From Eledone cirrhosa (Eukaryota), in contig OZ024740.1 of NCBI GenBank assembly GCA_964016885.1, positions 146,506,001 to 146,570,000 on the forward strand: a stretch of 64,000 nucleotides of DNA, read 5' to 3'. Below are positions 25,317 to 38,496 of this stretch, one piece after another. A program made the position numbers and the translations under genes. A model generated the notes under the pieces. It saw only the letters and a program-made list of their open reading frames with translations, searched no databases and was not told where the DNA came from. Positions within the stretch are counted from its first letter, which is position 1; the number at the start of each line of letters is the position of its first letter.

Positions 25317-25817
25317 ATAATTATATATTCGTGTACAGATATTTTTGCATACACAAACACACAATACATCGGAAAACAGAACTACAAAAACAAAATATAA
25401 ACAAACATTGTATTTATTTTGTTATCTATGCAGCGATTTGTTTACATTTAGTTCGACTGTACGAAAGCACAGATAGCTTATCGTCTGTTTATCCAAGCGA
25501 AGCTAGGTATGCCAGCTATATATATATATATCTAGATGCCGTAGAACACGACAATGATGGATTTATTGAATGAAATCGATGGAGCTGGCCTTTCTCATCT
25601 TTTTATGTAGGTGGCATACAGATTAGCACCACCAATCTCACTAAACAACACAATGCTCCCTTTGACCTTTTGACTCACATGCGTGTATTCACATTTTAAC
25701 TGAAGCCAACCACTATCATTGATTGGTTATTTGATTTCTATGCATCACCCTCCACTGAATAACACCTATATAAAGAGCAAACATGACCCTGTTCGAACAA
25801 TCATTGTTACTGCCGAT

Positions 25818-26252
25818 ATGCCACCCCAAAAGTTCCGGCCTGGCCGCAAGATCCAATTTTCCAGAAGAAAAAATGTTAAAAGAACAGCAGAGTCTGAAGA
25901 TGATCATGAACGTCGCCTTCAACAGATGAGGACTCATGCAAGTGCCAGTCGAGCAGGAGAGGAGCGCCAATCTCGCCTTCAGCAGATGAGGACTCATGCG
26001 ACAGCCATCTGATCAACCCAGCCTCAAGAGTAGCGCCAGTCTCGCTTTCAGCAACTGAGGACTCATGCGAGAGCCATTCGATCAGCCCAGTCTCAAGAGC
26101 AGCGCCAGTCTCGCCTTCAGCAACTGAGGACTCATGCGAGAGCCACTCGATCAGCCCAGTCTCAAGAGCAGCGCCAGTCTCGCCTTCAGCAACTGATGTC
26201 CCGTGCAGAAGGCAGGAGAGCAACACAGACAGAACAAGCCAGATTCCAGCAG
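25818..26252 (+). pseudogene. Helitron RepHel N-terminus with 69-bp (23-aa) STPR-like repeats
   Basis: EQRQSRLQQLRTHARAIRSAQSQ units; in-frame TGA 26010 and TAG 26031; ends at CAG|GTGAGT donor. Confidence 0.7.
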
Positions 26253-27169
26253 GTGAGTTCACAAGCTGATTGCATCCACATTGCATTACAGCATCAATGT
26301 ACCATACAGGTCCTTGCAAAACAGTCCGATTTTTAAGAGGGCATAAGCAGAACAATTCTGAGCAAATTTGTTACAGGGCTGTCATTAATATTTGTTTGCC
26401 TACAGTAATCAATAAGAATGTTGGTATCAGTGACTGAAAAATCAAAATATTCTGGGAACAAATTATTTTTTATGTCCTCGAAAACAAGCGCTATTACGTA
26501 ATGACGATGATCTTCTTGGATTTTAAAGTTACTTTCGACTTTCTTTTCTTAAAATTAAAGTGGTATTTACTTCATCTTAATAACGGAAATGCTTTACGTG
26601 TATTCGCGCGCTTATGCGTGATAACTGAAGAATATTTAAAGAAATTTCAAAACTTAAATAGCTTTTCAAAAAAAGTTGTTTATTTCCACATAGATAGGAA
26701 CTTTTAAGTTCAGATGTGTATCATCACATGACCTTAGGGAAAAGCATTATTAAAGGTTTATATGATTAATTTTGCAAGGGTAAGATCGCTTCATTACTTC
26801 ATCATGTTTCATGCAAAGACGTAATACACACCACGAAAAGCCCTCAGGTGGCGTGTTCTTAAAATGGATTTAGTTTGCAGTCCATTTTTGCAGCTTACGT
26901 GTTTATGAAACTCTTGTTTATCATTTAAATGTAACAATAATTTCAAAGCTCCGTTAGATGTAGAGTAGTTATGAAAAGTCGTCAGTTTTCATGTTTAACC
27001 TTTAAACATATTGTTAACATAGAAAGATATTGTTGTTTCCAAAAACCGGCTGGGTCTGCTCGATGAGTCACACCTTAAAAAACATGCCAACTAAACTCTC
27101 TGCATGTTGTTATGTTACGATTTACGTTGATCTTTTACAGATCTCTATCTATTAGTATTTCGTTCAACC

Positions 27170-27827
27170 TTGAAGTCTTCCCATGGCTGTCTGAGAATTT
27201 CACTTGCCATGATTGGCTCTGTGAAAGAGCAATACTTGCACCAAGAAATGACAGTACCAGAGACGTCAACGATAGGCTGCTTAAGCAGATCCCTGGGCCT
27301 GTTCACACATAAAAGTCAATCAATTGTGTGGTTGACGCAGATGTGGCAGTTCAATACCCAGTGGAATTCTTGAACTCTCTTGACTTGCCAGGAGTTCCTC
27401 CACACAGGTTGGAGTTAAAGCTTGGTGCCCCTATCATCCTGCTGCGAAATCTGGACCCACCAAAGCTCTGCAATGGCACACAACTTGCAGTCAAGCAGAT
27501 GCTGCATCATGTCATTGAAGCCACAATCATGACTGGAGTTGGTAGGGGAGAAGATGTATTTATTCCTCGATCCCGTTGCTGCCAGCGGACTTACCCTTTG
27601 AGTTCAAGCGACTTCAGTTTCCAATAAGACTAAGCTTCACGATTACCATCAAGAAAGCTCAGGGTCAAACCCTAAAAGTGGCTGGCCTTCATCTGGAAAA
27701 ACCATGTTTCTCCCATGGTCAATTGTATGTAGGATGCTCTAGGGTGAGCTCGCCAAACAATCTCTTCATCTTTGCTCCCGAGGGCCGAACAAAAAACATT
27801 GTATACTCTGAGGCTCTAACAATGTAA
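27170..27827 (+). pseudogene. Pif1-family helicase C-terminal part (Helitron)
   Basis: [78 protein letters not shown]; one stop, one frameshift. Confidence 0.93.
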
Positions 27828-28904
27828 TTTATGTATTTTCTGTTACTTGGAATTTCCATTATGGTTGTACAAATTATTGTAAAGTTTGTTAAAAAATTTG
27901 TTCTCTGGTCAGCCTTTATTGTTGTAACTATCAATTTTCTTAAACACACTGGCTGCTGAACTGGGGAATCCTAAAAACTATTCAAACCCAACATCAGAGC
28001 ACGTTAACCACCCGACCCTTCGTGTGTAATTGATGGGGTTGTCTATTGTGTGTGTGCGTGTGACAGAGGGTTACATAGGGTGGCCAGGTGAATATCAAAG
28101 ATAATTGGGTTCAATGGGTCAGGAGAAGGAATTAGACATGCACCCAAGGGGTCAGGCAATCTGGCACTAACTTTCGGGGGAGATTGACGGCATGTGCGTG
28201 AGGTGGAATCTGCACGCCGCAGTGAACTATAATTATAAACACACTAAGATTGAGTCACCAACAATAGCTTTCCCCCTTAGCTCCGTAGTCGGAAGATAGT
28301 GCAGGAACGTACCTCTTATTGAAAACCACACACTTGCCACTAGCATTTCATCCAGACTTACATAGAAAGAAGAGATGGGCATGTTTACTGGAGGGGGAAA
28401 TATAGGTCAGTGAGGGTCATGCTGGTAACAACGGGGAGCATGAAGACAATCAAGCAGCGTGTTGACGCATTCAGCCGAAATCACCACTATATTCCTTGCT
28501 ACGTTAATTGCCAGTACATTAAACTAGCAGGCCCAGCCGGATAGCGCCTGGCAGTAGCCTGCATCAGATCTTTTAGAAAGCCCTCACAACCAGTGCAACA
28601 ATAGCAGGATTGTGGCAAAACTAATGGTCCAACGCCACAGTTGTAACTTTTACCACGGAATTGAGTGATTATGGTCGTTGAGCATTCCAGTGGTGGTGGA
28701 CTTATTTTTCATGCGTCAGAAATGAGTCACCACAATAGCTCCCTCCCCCTTGATACGTACTCGGAACGACAATGTGACTTGAGAGAGCGTGTGGTATCTT
28801 TGCACTGGAGTGGAGGGGGGGCTTCCTGAAAAGATAAAATGCCAGTATACCTAGCCGGGCGCCAGCCGGACGGGCCAGCTAGTATATATATATGTATAAA
28901 TGAA

Positions 28905-29030
28905 TGCGCGTGGCTGAGTGGTTAGAGAATTGGATTCACAATCATGAGGGTGTGAGTTCTATTCCCAGACCCGGCAATGCATTATGTCCTTGGGCAATAC
29001 ACTTTATTTCACGTTGCTCCTTCTACCTGG
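28905..29030 (+). mobile_element. tRNA/CORE SINE head
   Basis: TGGCTGAGTGGTTAGAG..GAGTTCTATTCC..CCTTGGGCAATACACTTTATTTCAC. Confidence 0.65.
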
Positions 29031-29134
29031 AGTTGCAACCGACAGATAGTATTAGAATTTGGAAAGAGCAATGGAAACATTGTTTCCTCGGTCTGATTTG
29101 ACGAAAGTTGATCGACAGTCGATATGTATAAATA

Positions 29135-29550
29135 TCATCATCATCATCATCGTTTAACGTCTATTTTCCACGCTAACATGGGTTAGATGGAAATTGTCCC
29201 ATTTGAGTCGGGTGACCATGTCTCGCTCGTAGAGGACTATCTGGCAGGTTTTCTAGGGCTGGATGCCCTGCCTAACGCCAACCGCATTTACAGTGTGGGC
29301 TGGGAGGTTTTTACCGTGTTGACCACATTACAGCGTGGACTGGTTTTTTTTGTTGTGACACCTACACGACCTCATTAGTTTGGACTGGATGTTGTGGTAC
29401 CAACTTTACAGAGAAAGGGCGATGTTGGTGGGAGTGGGAGGATATAGTAGGGGTAGTGGATTGGGGTGCATATTTGGTTAAGAGGTGCCTACTGACTGTA
29501 GGTTTCACTTTGTACATAGGCAAGGCGGGTCTTCTGTATTACTGCGTAGT
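29135..29550 (-). mobile_element. RTE LINE 3' end
   Basis: (CAT)n tail plus 3'UTR similar to 61599-62050. Confidence 0.85.
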
Positions 29551-29899
29551 AAATTCGTTGGACGGAGCCGGCTCAACCAACCCAGGGCAAATGCCGTCAC
29601 AAGAACAAGAAGATTACATAATAATGGTTGAATACCTCTGAAATATGCATTAGGGATGTTATATAATATAATAAATTGAAGTATGGAAACATAGAACCAT
29701 CTCTTCATTTTTAATAACACACACATATATATGCTGGACTTCTATGCAATTTCCATTTAGCAAATTTCACACACAAAGCATTGGTCACCCTGAAACTACA
29801 GTAGAAGACCAATGTGTCACATAGTGGGATTGAACCTCAAAAATTTATAACAGTAATGCTGAATTTTAGAGTTTAATACAAAATCTGATGAAGAAAATG

Positions 29900-31700
29900 A
29901 ATTGTATAAAAGCAAAAGTGGTGAAATACTTTGAGCTTATGTGACTCCACTATTCTCACTGGCTACATCTTACAGCCATACAAAAGGATGATGATAGAAA
30001 CAAGCATTGGTAGATGTTAGTTTTTTTTTGTTGATATAAACCAAAGTCAACTTCGAAGAGAACAGAATGCAGCTCGTGCATGTTTCATTTAGACATCTAT
30101 CTCCTCGTTACTTTAGTTTGTTATATTGAAATTAGTGCTAAAAGTCTTGAAGTGACCAACTTCTTCTATAACCTCGATTTGAACTTTACAAGGGCTCTTT
30201 CAGAGGGTGAAATGTCAGCAGATACTATCTTTGTTTTGGCTGAGATGATTTTCCTGCCAACATTCAACACATACACATTGAGGCATCCAACAGCTAATTG
30301 AAAATTTACATAGTCGGCATATCAAGGTCTCTCAGGGCATGTTTCATTGATTCACTCAATGTTATAGTTGAGTGAATTTCAAAGGAGTCAGATTTCTTGT
30401 CAAAACAGCAAACTTTTGCTCATGTATTACTGTTATTAGATTCAGCTGCTTCATAGGCAATCCATCTATGATCAAGATATCCCGAAGTGTGTTGTGATTG
30501 CTGTGAAGTTCACAAAGCAGATGTTGATTTGCTGATAGTCCCAATGTTGTTCCAGAACCTTTCTCACAGTGAAAATTGTATCTCTGCGCTCATTGGTCCT
30601 GATGAAAACCACAATGATTTGGTTGCATTGATCATGTTCGTGTTGAAATTTTCATAAGCAGAATGATGATGAATGCCTTTATCACAATATTTATCAAACT
30701 TATGCATCTGTAATTACTGTAAGAATGCCTATCATCCTTCTTGAAGTAATGGAGAAGAGCTGAATCACACCAGTCTTGTGGACAAGACACTGTGTCTCAG
30801 ACATGAGTGATCACAAAGTGCAGCTAGGAAGTGAAGATGATGGAACAGTATTTGAAGGTCTCAGTCAATAAACCATCTTCATTATAGTCCTCAAACATTC
30901 CCTCCAGCGGGTCCTGTCAGCAGTTGCTACTAGTTTCTTTTGGGGTCTTCTTTGAACAGTCAGATATTAGTTTACCTGGAAAGAAACAATGCAATTAGTA
31001 ATAAGAAAAGTTGAAATTGATGCATGCAAGATATCATATCTCTAGCACCACTCCTTTTCAGAGTCAGTCGATGAGCTTTTCAGCCCACCCTCGTACATTT
31101 GGTAAATCCTTATTTTTGACACTCTGCCACTTGTAGGTGGTGTTTGAGGTTGTGCCACCTATTTTTGGTCATGGGTTCAACTTTAGCATATCAAAGCTAT
31201 TCAAATGATTTTGTAGTTTGAGTTGGAAGCAGAAAGGGGCATCACTACTCTACCATTGCAGTATCATACTTTAGTGACCTTTTGGATGGTATCTCTATGT
31301 TTGGTATTGCTAGAGCTAGATAGCTGGGCTTCTGTCACTGGCTTAAAAAGTTACTTCATATAACATGTGCAACATGGTCACCTCTGCTGAACAAACTCTC
31401 CTCCCATGTGTACTTGTCAAAACACTGACACTACTAAATAGGATCATGTGTGAAAGCAAGAGTATGGTGCAATAACTGTTGAAATTACTTACCTAAAATC
31501 CAGTATGTGTTTAGCAAGTAGCTTCAGGTATGTTTCTATCATTTTGAAATCCAAGGCATGTCTGTCCTGATATTAGGTGGTTCCTTGGTTGGCACTACCA
31601 TTGTGTCCACATTTGATGGTAAAAAGTGCTGCTTTGGATCACACTATTTCAAAATGTGACACCTGTGGATGGAAACTGCCTGTGAAAATCATGCTACTAA
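29900..31700 (-). mobile_element. Old degenerate RTE-type LINE relic (different family)
   Basis: Minus strand near 30510-30590 reads DTIFTVRKVLEQHWDYQQINICFVNF preceded by CGF; frameshifted DL.YAD near 30311-30330; boundaries uncertain. Confidence 0.55.
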
Positions 31701-32334
31701 TGAAACTACTATCAACCTGAATCCACACACTTGTTCGAATCATCATCATCATTTTATGTCCGTTCTTCCATGGACATGAACCGCTATTCCTTTCAGAAAT
31801 GTCTCATCAACCAAGGTATTTCTATCCCTAGTGCCAGTGACCAGTTCATGCCATTGCCAGTGGACTTCATTGTGGCTGTCTTCTTGAAATCAACTATCTA
31901 TGGCTAGGAGATGTCAAGGTCAATAGAGTCTAATCAAAATGTTCAATTTGTGATAAGTTATACTCTATGGCCTTTCATCATCTTATGATGAAATGATGAA
32001 TCTCCTGTAAGTTGTCTTTGAAATCTTCTACAGGGAGTTTTCATACTAGGTGGATTTCAGCAACAAACTGACAGTTCATATTTCTTCGTGAAGCTCTGAC
32101 TCTACTCAACATTGCTCAAGAGTGACTATTACATCATTTTGTATATTACTTTTTTTAAAGATAGTAGGGGGTGATTTGAAGGAAATTTGGTTGTCTTTTT
32201 TAGTAGTTTGAGCAACTGTGTAGAGGCTTCCTCATTGATGGTTTGTTTTTACTTATCAATATATTTCTATTTGTAGGTAAACCTTGAATTCCTATGTTTC
32301 TGTATTTCTTCTACTGTTGTAATATACCTGCAAA

Positions 32335-32460
32335 ATGGTATATGAACAAGCTTACCTGGACCAAGATCATGGCTCTCAAGCAATGACTGCTCTTAGTGAA
32401 TTATGGAAAAAACAAACTCTCTGTGATGCTACTGTTCAAGCAGGACCATACAAGATTAAA
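32335..32460 (+). CDS. BTB-zinc finger gene, first coding exon (BTB N-terminus)
   Basis: Acceptor TTTGTAG| at 32276; AAAATGG start; MVYEQAYLDQDHGSQAMTALSELWKKQTLCDATVQAGPYKIK; phase-0 donor GTAAGA at 32461. Confidence 0.88.
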
Positions 32461-32737
32461 GTAAGAATTCTGTACACACTCTAGTTAAGGTTATTTGGTC
32501 AAACAAAACAACTGTTTTTGTGATGTTGAATATGATACAATATCAAATGGTATGAATGGAAGAGTGCCTTATGATATTTAATTACATCCCATTATGTTCT
32601 GAGTTCAAATCTCACTGGAGTTAAGTTTGCCTTTCATCTCACTGGAATTGATGAAAATTGGTGTATATATATATATATATATATATACATGTGTGTGTAT
32701 ATATATATATGTATGTATGTATGTATATATATGTGTG

Positions 32738-32819
<82 letters not shown>

Positions 32820-32822
<3 letters not shown>

Positions 32823-33880
32823 CACTTGCATTGTAAACCTGGTAATACTATATGGTGTCATACTGAATGATTGGCATAGCAGCATCATTGTCAACTACTA
32901 CAAGGGTAAAGGAGATACACTAGATAGAGAAAACTATAAAGGCATCCATCAAGTTGATAGACAAGGTCAGAAACAGTTATAGCACAGCTTATGAGGGACC
33001 AGGTTAACATTGATGTGATGCAGTTTGGATTTGTGCCAGGTAAAAGTACTACTGATCCCCTCTTCCTTTTGAAGCAACAACAGAAGAAGTAGTTAGCTAA
33101 AAGTAAGCCCCTCTACATGGCACTTGTTGATATGGAGAAATCTTTTGACAGAGTCCCCCATACCATAATCTGGTGGGCTCTAAGAAAACTAGGAATAGAT
33201 GAGTGGCTTGTGAAGGCTGTACAAGTTATGTATAGTGGAGCAGTCAGCAAAGTTAGGATTAACAGTGACTATAGTGAAGAAGCTAGCATACAGGTTCTAT
33301 TATTAGCTCTCTCCTATTTATTGGCGTTTTACAGGCTATAACAGGGGAGTTTGAGACTGGCTGCCCATGGGAACTCCTGTATGCAGATGATCTAACACTT
33401 ACAGCTGAATCTATGGCAGAATTAGAGAAGAAATTCTAAATCTGGAAGAACAGCTTAGAATGAAAGGGTCTTAAAGTCAACCTGATAAAGACTAAGGTCC
33501 TAGCAAGTAGAATGGAAAACAGGGCCCTGATCCCCTTAGGGAAATGGCCTTGTTCAGTGTATAGGAAAGGCATAGGTAAAAATTCCATCCTCTGTCCCAA
33601 ATGCAAACTATGGATACATAAGCGATGTAGTGGAATATTAGATAGGTTAGCTAAAAACGTAGGTTTTACCTGTGGCCATTGCACAAGAGCAGAAAGAAGC
33701 AAACGGCCACAGGAAATAAGAAGTGCTATCAAATTCTTTGAGCAGAAGCAGTAGACAGCTTCTGCTACCTGGGTGACCAAATCAGCTGTGGAGGTGGGGT
33801 TCTGAAAGTACATTGTTCAGAGTGAGAACAGGAGAAAAGTTCAGAGACCTACTACTGCTGCTAGCTACTAAAGGTCCTTT
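32820..33880 (+). mobile_element. RTE LINE fragment
   Basis: [45 protein letters not shown]. Confidence 0.88.
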
Positions 33881-35598
33881 TCAGCTTAGCATCTCTCCAT
33901 TGACCACATTTTTCCAGCATCTCCTCTGTGAGTCTCAGCGATTTGAGATCAGCTCTCACCATCTCTGTCCAGGTGTTCCTTGGTCTACCTCTACTACTGC
34001 TTCTCTTCCCTCCACTAGGATTTCCTGGCATTTCTTCACCCATCAATCTTCACCCATGCACATGTTCACACCAACGTAGTCTTCTCTCTTGCACATCCCT
34101 TCAGATTCCTCTTTAACCCAGTTTCTCCCTTAGTTCATCCAAGCCCTGCCTTACTCTCACATTTAAATTGCACATCCAATGAAACATGGTTGCTTCGTTT
34201 CTCTTCAGCCTACACGTCCTCTGCAGTCACTACCCATGTTTCATTACCATGCACCATCGCTCTTCGCACACAGGCGTCATACAGCCATCTGTTAGCCTTC
34301 CTGTTAATCTACCTGATATCTCACTACATCTCTTGTGTACCCAAGATTTACATGGTGTATATAACATAGAGTTTATGCCTATTCCTTTTCTACATATTGA
34401 GCAGAGCCACTTCCATGACGGAATCAGGGTCCTATCTTTTTTCCTACTAGCAGTTCAGTTTTGGCTAAGTTTACTCTCAGACCCTTTTATTCCAAATTCT
34501 GTTTCCATAATCAGAATTTATTCGCTAGTTGTGTAGGTAACATAGTAAAAAGCTCCCAGTCCACACTGTAAATGTAGTTGGTGTTAGGAAGGGCATCCAG
34601 CCGTAGAAAACCTGTCAGATAGTTCTATACAAGCGAGACACGGTCACCCGACCAATCTTACCTCAAGTAGGACAATTCCCGTGCTAGCGTGGAAGATAGA
34701 CATTAAATGATGATGATGATGATGAGTTCTTTTATGGATTCAGCTATAAGGATCAGATCATCTGCATAGAGATGTTCCCATGGTCAGCCAGTTTTAAACT
34801 CCTCCGTTATGAACATCAGTGGGCTAAGAACTGAATCCTGATGATCTCCTACCTGTACCTTGAATTCCTCACTAAACTTCCTACTCTTAACTTTACTGAG
34901 AGCTCTTCTATACATGGCTTGCACTGCTCTCACAAGCCATTCTTCTACACCTAATTTTCTTAAGGACCTCCAGTTAATAGACCAAGGTACTCCATCAAAG
35001 GTCTTTTCTAGATCAACAAAAGCTAAATATAGTGGCTTATTTTTGGCTAGGAACTTCTCTTGTAGTTGTCTCACTAAGAAGAGGGCACCTGTAGTACTTT
35101 TCCTTGGCATGAAACTGAACTGCATCTTATCTAATTTGATTCTTTCCCTAACACTATGCTATGACTCTTTCTGTCATTTTCATAACTTGGTTCATTAGTT
35201 TTATTCTTCTATAGTTGCTCCTTTCTAGAGCATCACCTTTACCTTTATAGCAATTTATAATTGTACTGCTGTGGCAGTTATTAGGTATGACTCCATCCTG
35301 TATTACCTGATTAACTATGCGGGTTACTAGTTTGACTCGTACTTCTCCCGATACTTTTAACATCCCAGCAACTGTTGCTTATGGTCCCGCAGCTTTACCA
35401 TTCTTCATCTCTTTGATTGCTTCTTTAACCCTATAACTGTCATATCTTCAAAGGCTGGTCCTTCTGTTAGGTAGGTTGGGGCTAGTTTCTCCTATTCATT
35501 CTCTACACCCATCAGCCTTTCATAGTAACATTTTCAGGCCTCTTTCTTTTGAGCATCAGTGTCATTTCTAACACACTTTTCCCCAACAACATCCCAAA
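33880..35598 (-). mobile_element. Fragmented RTE LINE with a + strand RTE 3' end (about 34530-34725) inserted
   Basis: NCYKGKGDALERSNYRRIKL, LYLAFVDLEKTFD, GRPRNTWTEMVRADL on the minus strand. Confidence 0.85.
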
Positions 35599-35842
35599 TA
35601 TATGTATCATCCTCCTCATCATCATTATAGTTTTTACATCACTTTTTCCATACTGGTATGGACGGGACTTTTTAAGGCAATATTTTACAGCCTGATGCTC
35701 TTCCTGACACCAACCCTTTTAGTTGCTTCTTACAACATTCAGGGATATGGTTTACCTATTCTAAACTGGATACATATATTTACATATTAAAAAATTGTGT
35801 AATATGTGTATGTTTATGAAATTTTCAACAATTTTTTTGTAG

Positions 35843-36618
35843 GTTCACAAGACTGTGCTAATGGTGGCTAGTCCAACATTGTTGGCGTTGTGTCAAAATG
35901 GACCTTGTGAAGGACATCTTCAAGTTCAATTACCAATTAATCTACGTGGTGTGGATGCTCTTCACTGCTTTATAATGTATCTTTATGAAGGACTCTTAAA
36001 TTTAAATGAAGAGAGTGTAATGGAGGTGCTTAATATAGCATCTTATCTTCAAGTGGAAACTGTTGTAAAATTTTGTCTTTCTTTTTTGGACTCTGCAAAG
36101 GAACAAAATGTTGTACTTAAAGCTGCTCTCTCTTCTCCATATGACACCTGTTTGTATAAAGTACTTAATGAATCATTATCTAAATCATCAGAAACAACTG
36201 TCACACGTTACCAACCTGAAACTCACAACGTTAAAACTAAAATCATCCCTAAACCTTTCTCGTCACCAGAAACAAATATTGTTGTTTCTGAACAGAAAGA
36301 TAAAACTGTTCATATTGAAAGTTTGAATTTTAAATGCAAGTCACTTTTTTCTTCTCAGATTGGAGAGAATTTTTCATCTAAAAATGTTTCTGAAGCTTCT
36401 AATGAAGCCGTCCAAATAAAATATGATATAATTGATGATGAAATCAAGCCAGACATAGCATCCCAGAATTCTTCTGTTTCTGAAGACCTTATAGTGCAAG
36501 AAATATCAGAAACATACCCCTTTTCACCAAATAACTCCCATTCTTCTCCCCAGTCTAATTCTCACTCATTAAAATTAAATGATACCAATGATAAAACGCC
36601 ACCAGCATTACATCACAG
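35843..36618 (+). CDS. BTB-zinc finger gene, second coding exon (BTB core + Ser-rich linker)
   Basis: TTTTTTTGTAG| acceptor; VHKTVLMVASP..FIMYLYEG.L...VMEVLNIASYLQVETVVKFC; phase-2 donor AG|GTAAGT. Confidence 0.92.
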
Positions 36619-36652
36619 GTAAGTGCACATTTTTTAAAGAAATGATTAAAGT

Positions 36653-36872
36653 TTAACTCTTAATGCCCTGTACCACATAAAACTGCATTAGCAAAACATT
36701 TTTGAAAAGTAAAAAGTAGCAATATGAATGCATCACATTAAAAATTAAAGTCTTAACTCTAATACTACAAAATTTCACTGGTAAAGGTACATTTAATTTA
36801 AACATTTGAATTAACAAAACCATTTATTTAAAGATATTTTCAGTTAAATCACTACAGGATTTTAAGAGTTAA
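36653..36872. mobile_element. TTAA-flanked (piggyBac-like) MITE
   Basis: TTAACTCTTAATGCCCTGTA ... TACAGGATTTTAAGAGTTAA, 17/20 inverted match. Confidence 0.6.
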
Positions 36873-38087
36873 ATTAATTATTTTCAACATTTTGACATTG
36901 AAAACTGTTGTGAATCATACATTCTTTTAGGAAGTAGAAGAAAGTATAACCATCTTCAAAGACAATAAAAATTTAGATAGCTTTTTGATGTCTTGTTGAA
37001 ATTGATGCCTCTCAGATAAAAATATGTTGGTAAAACTTTTTACAGGCTCCTCCTTTCTGTTGTATTTTATTTCAATTAGGTTCGAAATGTGAAAAAAGGT
37101 TTTTTTTTTAGGGAGCATTCATTACAATGGTTTCTATTTTTGGTCCAAAGTTAGCAATTTTTAGGGGACAAGGAAAAGTTTATCATATCGACCTCAATTA
37201 TTTAACTCGTACTTAATTTTACTGACCCTGAAAGGATTAAAGGTATAATTGATCTCAGTAAGTAAAGAGCCAGAACAAATACTGTTATATATTTGTCTGA
37301 TACTCCAATGACTCTGTTCATCCACCACCCTGTTTTATAATAAAGTTTGAGATTTCTATTTCCTGTCCTTTTGCCAACATCTTCCATTTCCATGCAGAGT
37401 TGTCCATTGTATAGGCTATCTTTAGCTATTGGTCCATACCTGTAGTAAGATTAGTAACTTCATATCTAATATGGCATTTGGCTAGATCATCATTAATTCT
37501 TTTGATAGCAACCCTGCCAAACTATGTAACAAAACCACACATTATAAAAGGTTCCTATTTAAATTTAAATCTTCCATCATAATTTTATGTCAAGTTACTA
37601 TCTTAGTGAAATAATCAATGATTTAAGTTAATCCTTCAAAACTCTTCAGTAATTAATTTGCAAAGCTCTTCCAGCATGATAGACTCTGTATTTTAATTTT
37701 GTTATTCAAAATAGTTATGTGGTAAGCATGTTCAATCAAAGTTTTCTTTTCAATTATAAAATACTTTCAGCTGAGAAAGTCCCTTGCAATTATCTGTACA
37801 TTTATTTATTCTTTGTGGGAAATGAACTAAGTTCAAGTAATATAAGGGAACACTGCCTAGCATTTATCTCTATTGCTTGTGTTGCTATAATTGTCCATGC
37901 CTCACTATTATGGAACAGAGCTGTTTTAATACAAGCTTTGTAAAGTAGTATTTTAATTCTAGTATTGATTTTACAATTCAAAATAAAGTAAAGTTTGCAT
38001 ACTGCTATCCATGCTAATTAGTGTCCTTGTTTAAAAAGCATTATTATTATCTGCAATGTTACATATGAAATTACAAAATTCTGTGAT

Positions 38088-38281
38088 GATAATTGTTTCT
38101 ACTTTTGGCACAAGGCCAGCAATTATCCCAGTGCATTACTGGTACTTTATTTTATCGACTCCATAAGGATGAAAGGCAAAGTTAACCTCGGCTAGATTTG
38201 AACACAGATCATAAAGGGCCACAACTCTATGCTGCAAATCATGGTGTCTAACTGTCTACCGATTCTGCCAATCCACCGCCT
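38088..38281 (-). mobile_element. Nin/Deu-domain-type tRNA SINE
   Basis: Full-length homologue of 41468-41646. Confidence 0.8.
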
Positions 38282-38496
38282 TTAAACCTTTAGCATTTAC
38301 ATTACTCTATAGTTACTATTGTATTTTTGAGGTAAAGGCTTTGCCTCACATAATATCGAATCCATGAGATTTTGATATTATTTATTTTGAGAACAATACC
38401 TTAACATCAGTATGAGTGGCCAGTTACGGCCAGTTTGAACAGAAAGGTATGAGAATTCTGGCCGGATACAGCTGGTTTAAATGCTAAAGGGCTAAA
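38282..38496. mobile_element. piggyBac-like MITE, copy 1
   Basis: TTAAACCTTTAGCATTT ... AAATGCTAAAGGGCTAA; homologous to 39922-40127. Confidence 0.7.

Larger units (their letters stand above)
22172..25518 (+). mobile_element. Non-autonomous Helitron-like element split by an RTE insertion (parts about 22172-22480 and 25317-25518)
   Basis: 5' part TAATAAAGCTGA..(GTAT)n..AAACGGCTGGACC..ACCAAATTTG; 3' part CCAAGCGAAGCTAGGTATGCCAGCTA resembles a Helitron hairpin-CTAG end. Confidence 0.5.
25531..28882 (+). mobile_element. Internally deleted Helitron (N-terminal repeats + Pif1 helicase C-terminus)
   Basis: Probable A|TC start at 25531; 3' GCCGGGCGCCAGCCGGACGGGCCAGCTAG|T at 28882; no Rep/HUH domain seen. 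Confidence 0.8.

Noticed and set aside
25907-26200. Regular repeats as a CRISPR array
   Set aside because: Contiguous 69-bp coding repeats with no unique spacers, eukaryotic context, no cas genes
32270-32282. AG|GTAAAC as a recursive splice site
   Set aside because: Weak donor match, and the downstream sequence is a required coding exon
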